A DNA stretch of 64,000 bases, from NCBI GenBank assembly GCA_973895155.1, contig OZ316895.1, forward strand, positions 9,722,184 through 9,786,183, given 5' to 3'. Position 1 is the stretch's first letter. Each line of letters starts with the position of its first letter. The translations under genes and the position numbers were made by a program. Shown one piece after another: positions 39,604-50,708 of the stretch. This DNA is from Marsupella aquatica (Eukaryota; Plantae; Marchantiophyta). The notes under the pieces are model-generated. The model ran no database searches. It had not been told where the DNA came from and worked only from the letters and a program-made list of their open reading frames with translations.

Positions 39604-40395
39604 CTGCCCAAGAAGATGGTCGTTCAGCAATTGAATTCCGCCGGCAATGTCAATCATAGTAGCACGTATCCCGGTACCATGGTTGTCTCCGGACGCCGGC
39701 TTTCGGAAGTCCATGTCATATAACAACAAGACAACTTCCCTACGGAATTTTGCAATGTCTGCAGCGGAGAAACTAATTTCGCTGCCTTGGCACAAACACT
39801 TGGCGTATTTCAACGTAAAAACACCACAACTGTACCCGTCACTTTGGTATGGAATATCGTTCCGATATATCCGTTCCCAACCTGATATATCCACCTTGAC
39901 TCCATTTCTCCATAGAATTTTGTCGACGTAATACTGCCCAACGACATCGAGCACCTTAGGATTTTGTCGATTTTGAACTAGAGAATCCAGGTACTCGAAT
40001 CGTTTCTCCTTCGAATAGACAACTGCCAATGACCAATGTTCTTTCCCAACAATGTGAACTGGAAAGACTAGTTTTTCGTATTCATTGATTCTTAACGGAA
40101 AGTCAACTGTCCAAGATGCTCGGTCCTCATCAAAAACGGTAGGACCCATGGAGAGAAGCTCGAAATGGTGTGTTTGGAAGAATTTTACAACCTCTGATTT
40201 TCCAACTCTATTGAGAATCAACTCGATAAAGCTCAAATAAACATTAATTATATCATTGGTAAGCAACTCGCGCGGTCTCAAACACATCATATGTTTCCTC
40301 TTGATCGATTGGTGTAAAAACTTGGTCAATACCTCTTCCATATCCCTAGAAGGATCGAGGCATTGATCTATTTGACTACCCAAATTTTCAAAAAA
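39604..40395 (-). CDS. Ulp1/SENP-type (peptidase C48) SUMO-protease exon
   Basis: LRPRELLTNDIINVYL, LVFPVHIVGKEHWSLAVV (His), EYLDSL (Asp) and YQSDGYSCGVFTLKYA (Gln, Cys). Bounded by an AG acceptor at 40396 and a GT donor at 39603. Confidence 0.92.
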
Positions 40396-40579
40396 CTGCA
40401 AAAAATAGAGAATTCAATACGCCTTCAAATAACGTACTAAGGTTGTAGCCTACGAGTAAACAGAAACAACAATAAATCAATAATAAAATATAATGACAGG
40501 TCCAAAATCCTAACGACAAAGAAAATACTAGCTGCTAGACTAGAAACAAAATCCTTTCAACTTATAGCTTGCGAATGAC

Positions 40580-42604
40580 CTTTGGATTGGGTGGATCCGG
40601 CCTTTTTGCACCGGATTTCTTGGGTGCCTCCTTCGCAGCTATATTGCTAGGAGCTCCCCGGGAGCGCAGTGATCGATCCACCAAACCGGTTTGTGAAGGT
40701 TGGAGAGATGAGGCGGGAAGACCTTCGAATGGTTGTGGTAGTTTATTTAGGTATTTGACCATCTGTGAGTCTGACAAATCAGGTTCCGCAATATCCACTT
40801 CGCTAGTCTCCGGTTGGGCTTCCGAGTGTGTCGTCTCTGGGTTATATCATGGCCGAGACCACGAACCCGGTCGTGTGAAGTCAGACTTTAGTCTCTTCAC
40901 AGTTTGAGCGGATTCAGAAGCCAACTCCGTTCCCAGTTCTTCCACTCGATTCTCACAAAATCGTACATTATTGGTAATTATCTCTAGTCTCGATTCACTT
41001 GCACTCGTCTCCTCTGTAATCAGAACACCCTTCCAGTAATGCACAGCCAAAACTGCCTGGACACGTAGCAGCTCGGGTGAATATTTATTCCAATCCTCCA
41101 AGGAGACTGTACCTAATGGTGGATCGTCAAACTCAAAGTCCGGACGCAGAAAATAGTCTAATATTTTCTTCTTAATTCCAGCGGACGGCGACGAAGGCTT
41201 CCTCAAATTGAGCTTTATTTTAGGTAATCAGTTTGCCTCAGGAATAAGCGAAAGGGCCCTGGCCTTCTCGGCCTCCTTCTTTGCCTCCTGCTTCTCCGCT
41301 TGTTCCTCCTTCTCCGCCTGCTCCTCCTTCTTCTCGGCCTCCTTCTTCTCAGCCTCTTTCTTCTCAACCTCTTTCTTCTTTGCCTTCTCAGCCTCTTTCT
41401 TCTCTGCCTCCTTCTTAGCCTTCTCAGCCTCCTTCTCAACCTCCTTCTTCTCAGCCTCTTTCTTCTCAGCCTGCTCTTTCTTCTCAGCCTCCTTCTCGGC
41501 CTCCTTCTTCTCGGCCTGCTCCTTCTTCTCGGCCTCCTTCTTCTCGGCCTTCTCAGCCTCTTTCTTCTCTGCCTTCTCAGCCTCTTTCTTCTCTGCCTTC
41601 TCAGCCTCTTTCTTCTCAGCCTAGCTCCTTCTTCTCGGCCTGCTCCTTCTTCTTGGCCTCCTTCTTCTCAGCCTCCTTCATCTTCTCCTTCGTCTTCTTG
41701 GCCTCCTTCGTCTTCTCGGCCTCCTTTTTCTTTTCGGCCGCCTTCTTCTTGTCGGCCGCCTTCTTCTTCTCGGCCGCCTTCTTTTTTTCGGCCTCTTTCT
41801 TTTTGACCTCCTTCTTTTCAGCCTCCTTCTTTTTGGCCTCCATCCTTGCCTGCGCCCTCTCCGCTTCCGCCCTCTCCGCCTCCTCCCTCTCTGCCTTCAT
41901 ATTCTGTGACTCTTCTCTCTCCTCCTCCTCGCTCTCGGCCTCCTTTCTTGTGGGTTCCTCCTCCTCGCTCTCGACCTCCTATCTTGTCGGTTCCTCCTCC
42001 CCGCTCTCAGCCTCCTGTCTTGTCAGTTCCTCCTCCCCGCTCTCAGCCTCCTCTCTTGTTTGGCCCTGCCTCCTATCCTCATCCACCCTGTCGGCCACTT
42101 CTCTCTCTGCTTCAACCGCGGCCTGGACTCTCGCTACCTCTGCCAATGCCTCTGCCTGAAGTTTGGCTGTCTCAACTCTCTCCGCTTCAGCTCTTGACTT
42201 CCTCTTTGCGGTAGCTGCCTTTTGAGCTGCCGCCTTCTGCTTCTTGGCTTCTACCTTTTGAGTCTCTTGTCGGGACGCTTCTAGTGTAAGTGCTTCTTCT
42301 CGGGCCTCCTCTTGTCTCACCGCTTCTAGCCGGGCCGCCTCCTCCTGTCTGGCCTCATCATCCACATCCTCCATGTCTTCGCCGGACCCTGTTGTATCCT
42401 CGTCAGTCCCCTCGTCAAATTTATCAACTTGCTGATATTCATCAATTTCATCGGCTTCCTCATTGTCACTCTCTTTTTTGATTTGGTCATCATCATCGAC
42501 ATCGTTCTGCGGCTCGGTCATCCAATCTGGATCTTGGTCGTCATTGACGTCCCCATGCCTGTCGTTCACTTTGTCCTCACCAGTAAAGCCACTTTGGACT
42601 TCAT
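40580..42604 (-). pseudogene. Acidic plus K/E/A-rich coiled-coil exon of the cargo gene, disrupted
   Basis: A D/E-rich stretch, then many AEKKE/AEK repeats. In-frame stops at 41979, 41228 and 40847, and a 1-nt insertion near 41622 (GAGCTAGGCT versus the repeat unit GAGCAGGCT). Confidence 0.75.
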
Positions 42605-42999
42605 CTGACAAAAATAAAATATATAAATAAATATAATACACAGTAAAAACAATGTTCACGCGTATGTTTGCGTGAAGCTCAACAATGTTTTGTTATGTAG
42701 AAGAAGAAATTGTTTAGGGTTTGATAGAAATTTACCTTGGATGGCCCACGAGGGTACTCTGTTGGCCAAATGTACATTCTATCTGAATCTTCCGAGAGGG
42801 AATACTCTTGCAACAATTGATAACAAATATGATCAGGAATATGTTGTTCTTGGAGGACTTCCAAAACATCAGCCTTGAGAGCAGATATGGATGGACTTCA
42901 TTAGTTTATCTATACATTTTTCTGTACTAGCCCGTACTGGGTCAATCAACGACAGCGTTGTATCATTCATCGCAGTGGTGTGTTGTAGGAAACAAGACA

Positions 43000-44462
43000 A
43001 TTCCCCGTGCGTTGTTACGGGGCAGTAATATTTTACATTGGATCCAGCATCCTGTAAAATAAGAAACAGAAATTAGTTTGACCAATATAAATTGATAGTT
43101 CAAAATCCAAATCATCTGAAAAGCTAAACCCCACAATGTAAATCTAAGAACTTACCATTAGGCACTGGATCAAATTCTTTCCTTCGTCGAAGCATATAGC
43201 CCATTCTCCAGATTGGACGAATTGACTAACAATACTTTCAAAGAATGGAGGCATCTTTTCTGGCGAAGTCGTCGATATCTCGCCGCTCTCTTCAAAATCA
43301 ATTATTTTCTCAATCCGATATTTGGACAGCAATTGGAGCTCAAAGACATCCGAGTCGCCCATTGTGCTGAAGGCCGAGATGTGAAAGGCGTATGTTACAA
43401 TAAGCTTCCTTTCCTTTTGCCGCTTCTGAATATAATTGCTATCCACAGCAATGTACTGTGTGTATTTCACTAATTCCCGTTTGATTAAATAAGACTCAAT
43501 GGGAGTGGCCACAATAATAACCACATGGTGTGGTTTAGCCCCTATTTTGCTAGTAGCACGGAATAACCCCTCATAGAATGCGCAATTTGACGGACGCATC
43601 GCTCCCATTGATGAGGAATCAAAATAAATCAAGCTTGCAAGGTTCTTCTCTTCACGTACGTGATACAGTCTGCAAACCCAACATTTTGTATATCCTACAG
43701 GGATCGAAATATCAGCCTCTCACCGACCGGCCGCACTAGTTGGTTTCCTTGACTATCAACTGATTTCTGTATTCCTTCCACCAACCTGTAGAATATCGGG
43801 TCGATCTCTTTCAACAAATTATCATTACTAATATTTACATTTAAGCACTTCTTCAGATAACCACTCAGCGCATCTCTCAGCTGCTTCAGTACCATCTTGT
43901 TGAGCTTAAAGCAATCAATCATTCCTTGGACCCGCAATTTCCGGGCGGCGTTGGTAAGACTTTTCAGCTCGGCCCGGGTGCCTGTATCCCCGTTGAGTTT
44001 ACTCAACAAAAGAATCTCAAACTCAACTTTTGTCTTCTTCTCTACACAGAATTCCTCCAAACTCCTGCCGCTTGTTGACATCACTAGGGCTTCAGAGGAC
44101 TTCCTAGCCTTCACGGATTTCACTTTGATGCTTCTGTTTTTGAGAATAGACAATTTCCCACTCAACATGTACTCCGCTGTCTTTCGAAGAACTTTGTCCG
44201 AGCACCCTTGACAAGAACGGAATGACTTCTTAAGAAGATGAAAAGCATTTGGATTCTTCGCAACCTTGAGGATCTTCTTCTGCAAAATTCCATTGTATAT
44301 AACAAGCTCTCCTTTCCTTGAAAGTTCATAAACTTCCATCCACTTCTTGAATGTTTCGTCCTCCATGGTAAAGAGGAACGGAGCCAACTCTCCAAATTTC
44401 ATTACCTCGTTTTTGCCCATTTGCACCCATGGGCAGACTAAACTTGTAGCCCTCATAAATAC
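43000..44462 (-). pseudogene. Central cargo exons, including a degenerate amino(N6A/N4C)-methyltransferase-like region
   Basis: ORFs 43695-44489 and 43144-43632, with GT-AG introns 44463-44628 and 43052-43155 in frame. LASLIYFD...EKMPPFFESIVSQFVQSGEWAICFDEG..CLMDAGSNV follows beta-class MTase motif order but lacks DPPY and FxGxG. Confidence 0.45.
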
Positions 44463-44628
44463 CTGGAAAATGAGATAACAAAGGAGCATAACAATTCTAA
44501 GATTGACGCGCCCAGTTGCGTGACAAAATTAACTTCATAAATCTGTAAGAAAATGTAATGCATATATCTGTAAGACAATGTAATGCATAAATCTGTAAGA
44601 ATATAATCGACAAGGGTTTGGTCCATAC

Positions 44629-45830
44629 CTTCCAATTAGGATGACGAGAATGTGATCCAGGCCGACCAAATGAGTTCCATATATTACGACACTGTCTGAC
44701 GATGGTGAGAAATTGCCCCTCTTCCATGGATGTTTGATGACAGTGGTTTAGGGCCCTTGATAGTCCCATCAAATGTATATTATTCTCGTTATTGAGCGTT
44801 GCCCAAAACATGACAGCTTCTACTGTCCTGCATGCATCTCGAACATCTTGGCTGACATTAGCGTCGTCTTTCAGCAATTTGTAGGCCATTATTGTGTGTT
44901 GGCCTCCGAGTATCCAAAAATGACTTCTCTTAATGTCCTCCTCTGTTGGCGCTGATTTGTAGGCCGTTCCATTGTAGTCAGCAATTTCGTCGGCTTCAGA
45001 CTGAACCCACTTTATAGGGACTAAGAAGCAGCATCTCTTCTCAAACTTTATAGTTGAATGAGAAAGGAGTGAATTCTTCAGCCTCTCAGTGTAATCCTGA
45101 TTCCACTCTCGGCATTTGATGTGATCTGGTGCTGTTAAATATGTTCACAACACTATATTCCTTGAGGAAACTATCGAACAGAGCACCGACATTCTGTGCG
45201 GTGATAACTTTTGGAAGATTCTCCGCCGTGTATGTTTCAGCCTCGGTCACTGGAATGGGCTTTCCCAAGCGAAATTCCTTCTTGAAAGGAATTCTCTTGA
45301 ACTCAAGGACGTCAATAATATATTGACAAATCAAATCACCAGTTAATCCCCGTGGATTGGAGGGGTATCCCACACTAGTAACCTTTTCCAAGGTGTGTCT
45401 AGCACCTAGGAGATCATCGATTCTCCTCTGATTGAAGGTCACATATTGCGTGCGATCCAAATATATGCTGATGTTGTCATCTTGGTTATCGTCGCTGACT
45501 AACAGAACCAATCCCTCAGTACACTCTTGAACACTCAAGTTCTTCTCAAAGAAGCACCCAAGAATTTTTGAATTCTCCAAAATTGTAGCCTTCTCATTTT
45601 TTGCAACCACAAGACGGAGACTCCCATTCTGAACAATTATTCCAAGTTTGGTTATCTCTGTCGAGTCAAAGAGATGGAGTGTCTTTGTCTCCGTTGTTCT
45701 CTCCCTGATAGATCTTCCTCGATAAGCAAGAATGGATGTCTCCGTGGGCATCACTCTGGTCTTGGCTTTCTTTTGAGCAACCGATTTAGAGGAGTCTCTT
45801 TTTCGCTTTGATGTCACCATTGGATCCATT
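44629..45830 (-). pseudogene. Cargo exon with a basic NLS-like start and a ParB/Sulfiredoxin-like domain (1-nt frameshift near 45116)
   Basis: Starts with SKRKR..KKAK. Correcting one extra A joins ORF 45086-45829 to an open frame reading HQCREWNQDYTERLKNSLL..FLVPI..FWILGGQHTIMAYKLL..LSRALN. Confidence 0.6.
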
Positions 45831-46029
45831 CTGAAAAATACAAATATTGAAAGTCAAACCTTTATTTCAGAATGACAATACGCGCATGGTCACATCGCGT
45901 CGAATTACATTTTAGGAACTAATCAAACCGAATGGTTTCTTTTCTTGAGGTCAACTCGTCAAAATCTATATCTATAAATAACTATGCGACTGAAAAATTG
46001 AAGCACGCGCATGGTCGCGTCGCCCCAAA

Positions 46030-46635
46030 TTACATTTTAGGAATGTATTTCTTGACCCAATCCTTTCGCTCCTTGTCATCTAACCGAATCCAATGGTTTC
46101 TAAACGTGTCAAGCTCGGTCCCATCAAAACCACCAAGAATGTCCAGAGGTGGAAGAAGTTTGATAGATTCTCTATATCTGAATGCTACATTTCGTGCAGT
46201 CAAATGCCTTCCAAGCGATTCATATCCAGGTCTATCAGTGAAATCGTTTGCTACCAAGGTGACCGTCACCCAAGTACTACTATAAGTAACTATATGATGC
46301 CACTTCTTACTGACTGTTCGAATGGCGATCAAGTCCATGACCCGTTTTTTAATCGCATTATCTGACAAATTCCCAAGTGAATGGAAAAACACTTTGACTA
46401 AAGGCCAAATATATTTCTCGACAATATCGTCCGGGAGGCCAGGTATCAGTGCTTCTGCATCACTCCATATCATTTTCCAATTTATAACCTTTGCACTTGC
46501 AATTCGATCCATCATCATTTGACGATGAGATTTTTGATTCATGTCAAAGGACTGCAACATCATATGGAAAAGATTAAGAAAGGGAACCTGTCCATCAGGA
46601 ACTGGAACCACCAAGATTCTGAGTAAATGTACCAA
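46030..46635 (-). CDS. F-box-like repeat 3
   Basis: LIPGLPDDIVEKYIWPLV...LIAIRTVSKKWHHIV. Confidence 0.7.
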   Translation of the reverse strand: MVHLLRILVVPVPDGQVPFLNLFHMMLQSFDMNQKSHRQMMMDRIASAKVINWKMIWSDAEALIPGLPDDIVEKYIWPLVKVFFHSLGNLSDNAIKKRVMDLIAIRTVSKKWHHIVTYSSTWVTVTLVANDFTDRPGYESLGRHLTARNVAFRYRESIKLLPPLDILGGFDGTELDTFRNHWIRLDDKERKDWVKKYIPKM

Positions 46636-46756
46636 ACCTTTCGACTAGAAGAAGTCGCTCTTCTTCATCTAAATAGTCATATCTGTCACTAAATAATAAC
46701 ACGTCGCCGCAACTAGTAGTCCCAAGAATGGGTATTTCTAGGAGCAGAGAGATATC

Positions 46757-47161
46757 CTATCGAATAACTCGATAGACTGAGTCAAATTCCAAATCCTCAG
46801 TCTCGGGTATGTAGGAAAGTGCGTCATTTGCGTTATCGACCATCCGATTTGCTTGTTTTAGGCTAGCCCATAACTTGGTATTCGTAACTAGAAAGTCCCA
46901 CTTCTTGCTACACGCTCCAAGCCGGATAAGGTCTCGGACCCGAGCCACAACCAAATCGTTTTTGGTAAGTCGATATCTACTCAATCCTTGAATTGAAATA
47001 AAGTATTCGTATAATATTGGCCATATTCTCGAAATGACCAAAACATCTGGTAATCCTCCTATGAGACTAGAGGAGGTTTTATCGAGCATGTCCCAGATAT
47101 CTTTCTGTTCCCTTTCATGAGATGAAAGAAAATCTTGAGCCAGATTGAGGAGTTCGCTCAT
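46757..47161 (-). pseudogene. F-box-like repeat 2 (the TAG at 46757 looks premature)
   Basis: LIGGLPDVLVISRIWPIL...LIRLGACSKKWDFLV. Paralogous sequence (KYPFLG; FSDRYDYLDEEER) continues beyond the stop. Confidence 0.68.
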
Positions 47162-47222
47162 CCTGTTGTTATCAAATCACAAAACATTGTTAGAAGTTGT
47201 CTCACGCGCCCGGTCACGTATG

Positions 47223-47771
47223 TTAACAACTAGCATTTAGGTCATCCTCAAGGTACCCAACTTTGTGGCATCTTATTGTAAACTGCCATTTTTCAACTGG
47301 GTGAAGAGCATCGTAGGTCTTCGTAAATAGTTCTCTAAGAACGCTGGACATCGACCCCAGGAATTTAATTCTTGGGTATTTCTTGAAGAAACTTTGCACA
47401 GTCGATGAGAGAGACTCATTTGGGATCGATTTAGCAGTATGTCTTGGGAAATCTAAATCTAATAAACTCAACTTGATTATACCCAATAGATAGGTATTAC
47501 CAACAAGGTGGCGCCATCTGCAACACATCGAAGATAGTCCAATCAACTCATTCAATTCCTTTGTTGAGAAATTTCCTGCATTAGCCAAGCAATTAAAAGA
47601 ATCCTTGATTCGAGGCCAAATCAATTCCGCGACAATGTTATCTGGAAGTCCAGGTAATAGTGTCTCAACAAAGACAGAATATCCCTCCATTAGGCCATCT
47701 TGGGTTTTGTCGAGAATGTCAAATATGGGGCAGAGATATTTGAAGCTCTCAAGACCAGGTTCCCCCATCAA
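47223..47771 (-). CDS. F-box-like repeat 1
   Basis: LLPGLPDNIVAELIWPRI...LIGLSSMCCRWRHLV. Confidence 0.7.
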   Translation of the reverse strand: MMGEPGLESFKYLCPIFDILDKTQDGLMEGYSVFVETLLPGLPDNIVAELIWPRIKDSFNCLANAGNFSTKELNELIGLSSMCCRWRHLVGNTYLLGIIKLSLLDLDFPRHTAKSIPNESLSSTVQSFFKKYPRIKFLGSMSSVLRELFTKTYDALHPVEKWQFTIRCHKVGYLEDDLNASC

Positions 47772-48033
47772 TGAACCTCTATTTTGATTTGTGATGCGAC
47801 TGGTCGCGTCAAATAATCAAAACGTTTCCTTCGGTCACGGAACTAACTATAAGAGGTCTAACGGGCATGCGACTGGTCGCGTTAACTGCACCTAACATGC
47901 GACTAGTCGCGTCACCTAATCCTCGGAAATCTCTAAACCTCCCGTGTGGAGATCTACCTCACACGCAACTGGTCGCGTCAAAAGATAATCCAAAATTGAT
48001 CGAACAACAAACCAGGAGTAGTCACAATATCGA

Positions 48034-50708
48034 TTGATACCTGTACGGACTGATAAATCCAAATGCGAACATGGAATTATTAAAGTGAGATACATTCATG
48101 CAAAGATATATTTATTAACTGGATTCAGGCAGACCAGTATTGAGTGTATTCATTTAGATAACAGGCGATCAATGGGATTCATTCATAATTATAAGCAATC
48201 ATAACATTCATGAAGTTTCCAATATTACTATTCAGATGTTAGCACGCTATGATTGTGAAACAATCATATGTCAGAAGTTTTCATATTGCAAAGAATTCAG
48301 TTTAGCATGATTCACAGAGCATCGGTCAGTTAAAATTATTAAATTGTACAGGTTGCTGCTGGTTGTTGAGTCGATTGATATGATTCAGTGTAATATAATA
48401 AGATGAGTCAATTGCACAGCCTGGAAGTTGTATGACATCGTTAATATGATCAGGTTATATTTGAGTTGGCTTGTATGATTCAGTCATATTTGAGTTTACA
48501 GACATAAACTGCATCAAACTCAGCTTAATGATCTGTAGAATGATCTCAGGAAAAGTACCTGAATTCTGACAAATTGATCGATGTAATTGATCGATGTAAT
48601 CGTCTGAGAGATAGAAATTAATTTCCACTTAAAGACCTTGCTGCGGCATTCCAGAAAGAACGTATAAGATTGAAATCCCATATTGATGTATTAAAGATAG
48701 AAGCTAAGCGAATATCTCGAGGTAAACAGTTCTTCCACTAAAATTGCAATCAAGGCGGCAAGGAACTCACGATCTCGAGGTAAACAGCCACTTCTAGAGA
48801 TAGAATCATACGCTGTCGGTAGAATGTTGAGAATGAATTAAAGCATAAACCTGATCAATGAAAGAGCTGAAACAAACTTGATGAATGAAACGATCTGAGA
48901 CAGGCTGCCGAAAATGAGTTCGAGCTGCTGGAACAAGCTAAAATTTGCTGGTACAAGCTGATACGAGCTTATACGAGCTGATACAAGCTGAACACGAGCT
49001 GAAACTCTCGCAACTTCAGAGCTCCAAACAAACAAGTTGTGACGAACCCAAGAAGCCCTTCGAACAAACCAGAAGCCCTTCAATTGAGCAAACAAGAAGT
49101 GAATATGAGATGTGAGATCGAGCTGAAGCGCGCCAACCACCTCCGGACCACAACAAATGAGAGCTCCTGACCACAATGAACGATCGAGCTTCGGACCACA
49201 ATGAATGAATGATCGAGCTCCTGACCACAATGACCGAGCTACAACAAACGAAATGGGGCGAACGAGAGCAGGCACGTGAAGGTCCTATGGAGCTGGCGCG
49301 GGAGACAACAACAATGAACGAGAGAAATGACAAGAAGTGAACAACAATGAACTCGAGACCGTGTGCGCCGTCACTAAGTAATGCGAATTAGGATAACCAT
49401 TTTAACATAACCCTAATAAGCCTACACATCCTACGGATCAAAAGGTTCCGGATGATCTCCGTACACCTTCCTAAGACTCAATCAGTACGAAGTAGGCAAT
49501 CGTGAAAAGAAGATTACCGGAATCTTCTTGATTGGCCGTACTCAACGAGATTTTAGTTGGATCGCCAATTTGAAATTTAAACCGGTAATTATGCAGTTGC
49601 GATAGATTTTGGTAGTGGAGACCCCCGGATCCGGATCCATATCTCCACTCTCTACATCATGCCAATTCAAATTTGAGTATCGAGCCAATTGAAATCCAAA
49701 CTCCTGGATAACGTAAAAAGATTCTCACGATCGGAGTGAATCGATATTCAAAATCAATCCATTTTGGAAGTGGACAATACCAGATCCGTATGTCCACTCG
49801 CACGTTGAATAGCAACTCAATTCAAAACTCAAGAAAGTATCGTGCCAAATCCTAATTCCTGAACAACATACAATGATTCTCACGACTGGAGATTGAATCA
49901 ATTTTCAAAATCAAAACCAATCCAGATGAACACATCCTTCATGGAGTCAGACTACTCTCATCGTTCACGGATCATTCTTCATTTTCAGTTTCTCCTGACT
50001 AGCGGAACTCTCAACGGACGCTGATCCAAGGAAAATTTGAGGTGGAGCTCATTGGATCATTCGACCATTCCAGCCAGGGCGGGGCTCATGCAAGCAACTC
50101 AGGCGCAGTTCATTGTATGACATTCTAGGGAAGGGCTCAACCGACCCTAGCGTAGGAGTTCTGGCGGAAGCGAGACGACAAAGTTATAGGATCTCTATAG
50201 TCATCCTCGCTTATTCGGAGCATTCTAGTGGACCAACAAAGAGCGGCTAGTTAGAAGGCACTTTCTGTTCGAGGATTTTGATCTCGATACGATCAAGAAG
50301 CTTTTATTTTCTGGTTGAGGCATTCGGTCTGGATACAATCACGATACTCAAGGCAATTGGAGTCCGACGGAAGGTTTGCGAGGAGCAGGAGGCTTGGCTG
50401 GGAGGAGGGTTATCGCCATAATTGCTGACGAAGACAACACGCAACTGAACATCTTGTAAGTACGCAATTCCGCAATCAATGACGAGATTAATTGCCTTCA
50501 ATCACGCATTTAATTCATGATTTGACTCCATGAAGTTCTGGTCGAATTCAATCACTCCTCAATCAAGTCCAATCCAGAAGAAATCTATCACCATGAATTC
50601 CTTCTATGAAGTACTATGGTAGTCGTCGATCAAAATGAAATCTTCGCAGTCCAAACTAGTGTGTCTTCCAATTTTACATGGTGGTACATATGGGTATTTT
50701 AACATACA
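48034..50708. mobile_element. Probable nested insertion (~2.7 kb, LTR-like, non-coding)
   Basis: Flanked by ATCGA direct repeats (48029-48033, 50709-50713); begins TTGATACC and ends ATACA. Has internal GAGCT-rich low-complexity repeats and lacks the dyad motif that clusters on both sides. Confidence 0.55.

Noticed and set aside
41208-42214. Plus-strand ORFs rich in F/S/A, L or P
   Set aside because: These are antisense shadows of the minus-strand AEKKE repeat.
47794-47978. Clustered palindromic repeats with unique spacers resembling a CRISPR array
   Set aside because: The repeats are only 16 bp, spacing is irregular (30-73 bp here, kilobases elsewhere), there are no cas genes, and the context is eukaryotic and intron-containing.
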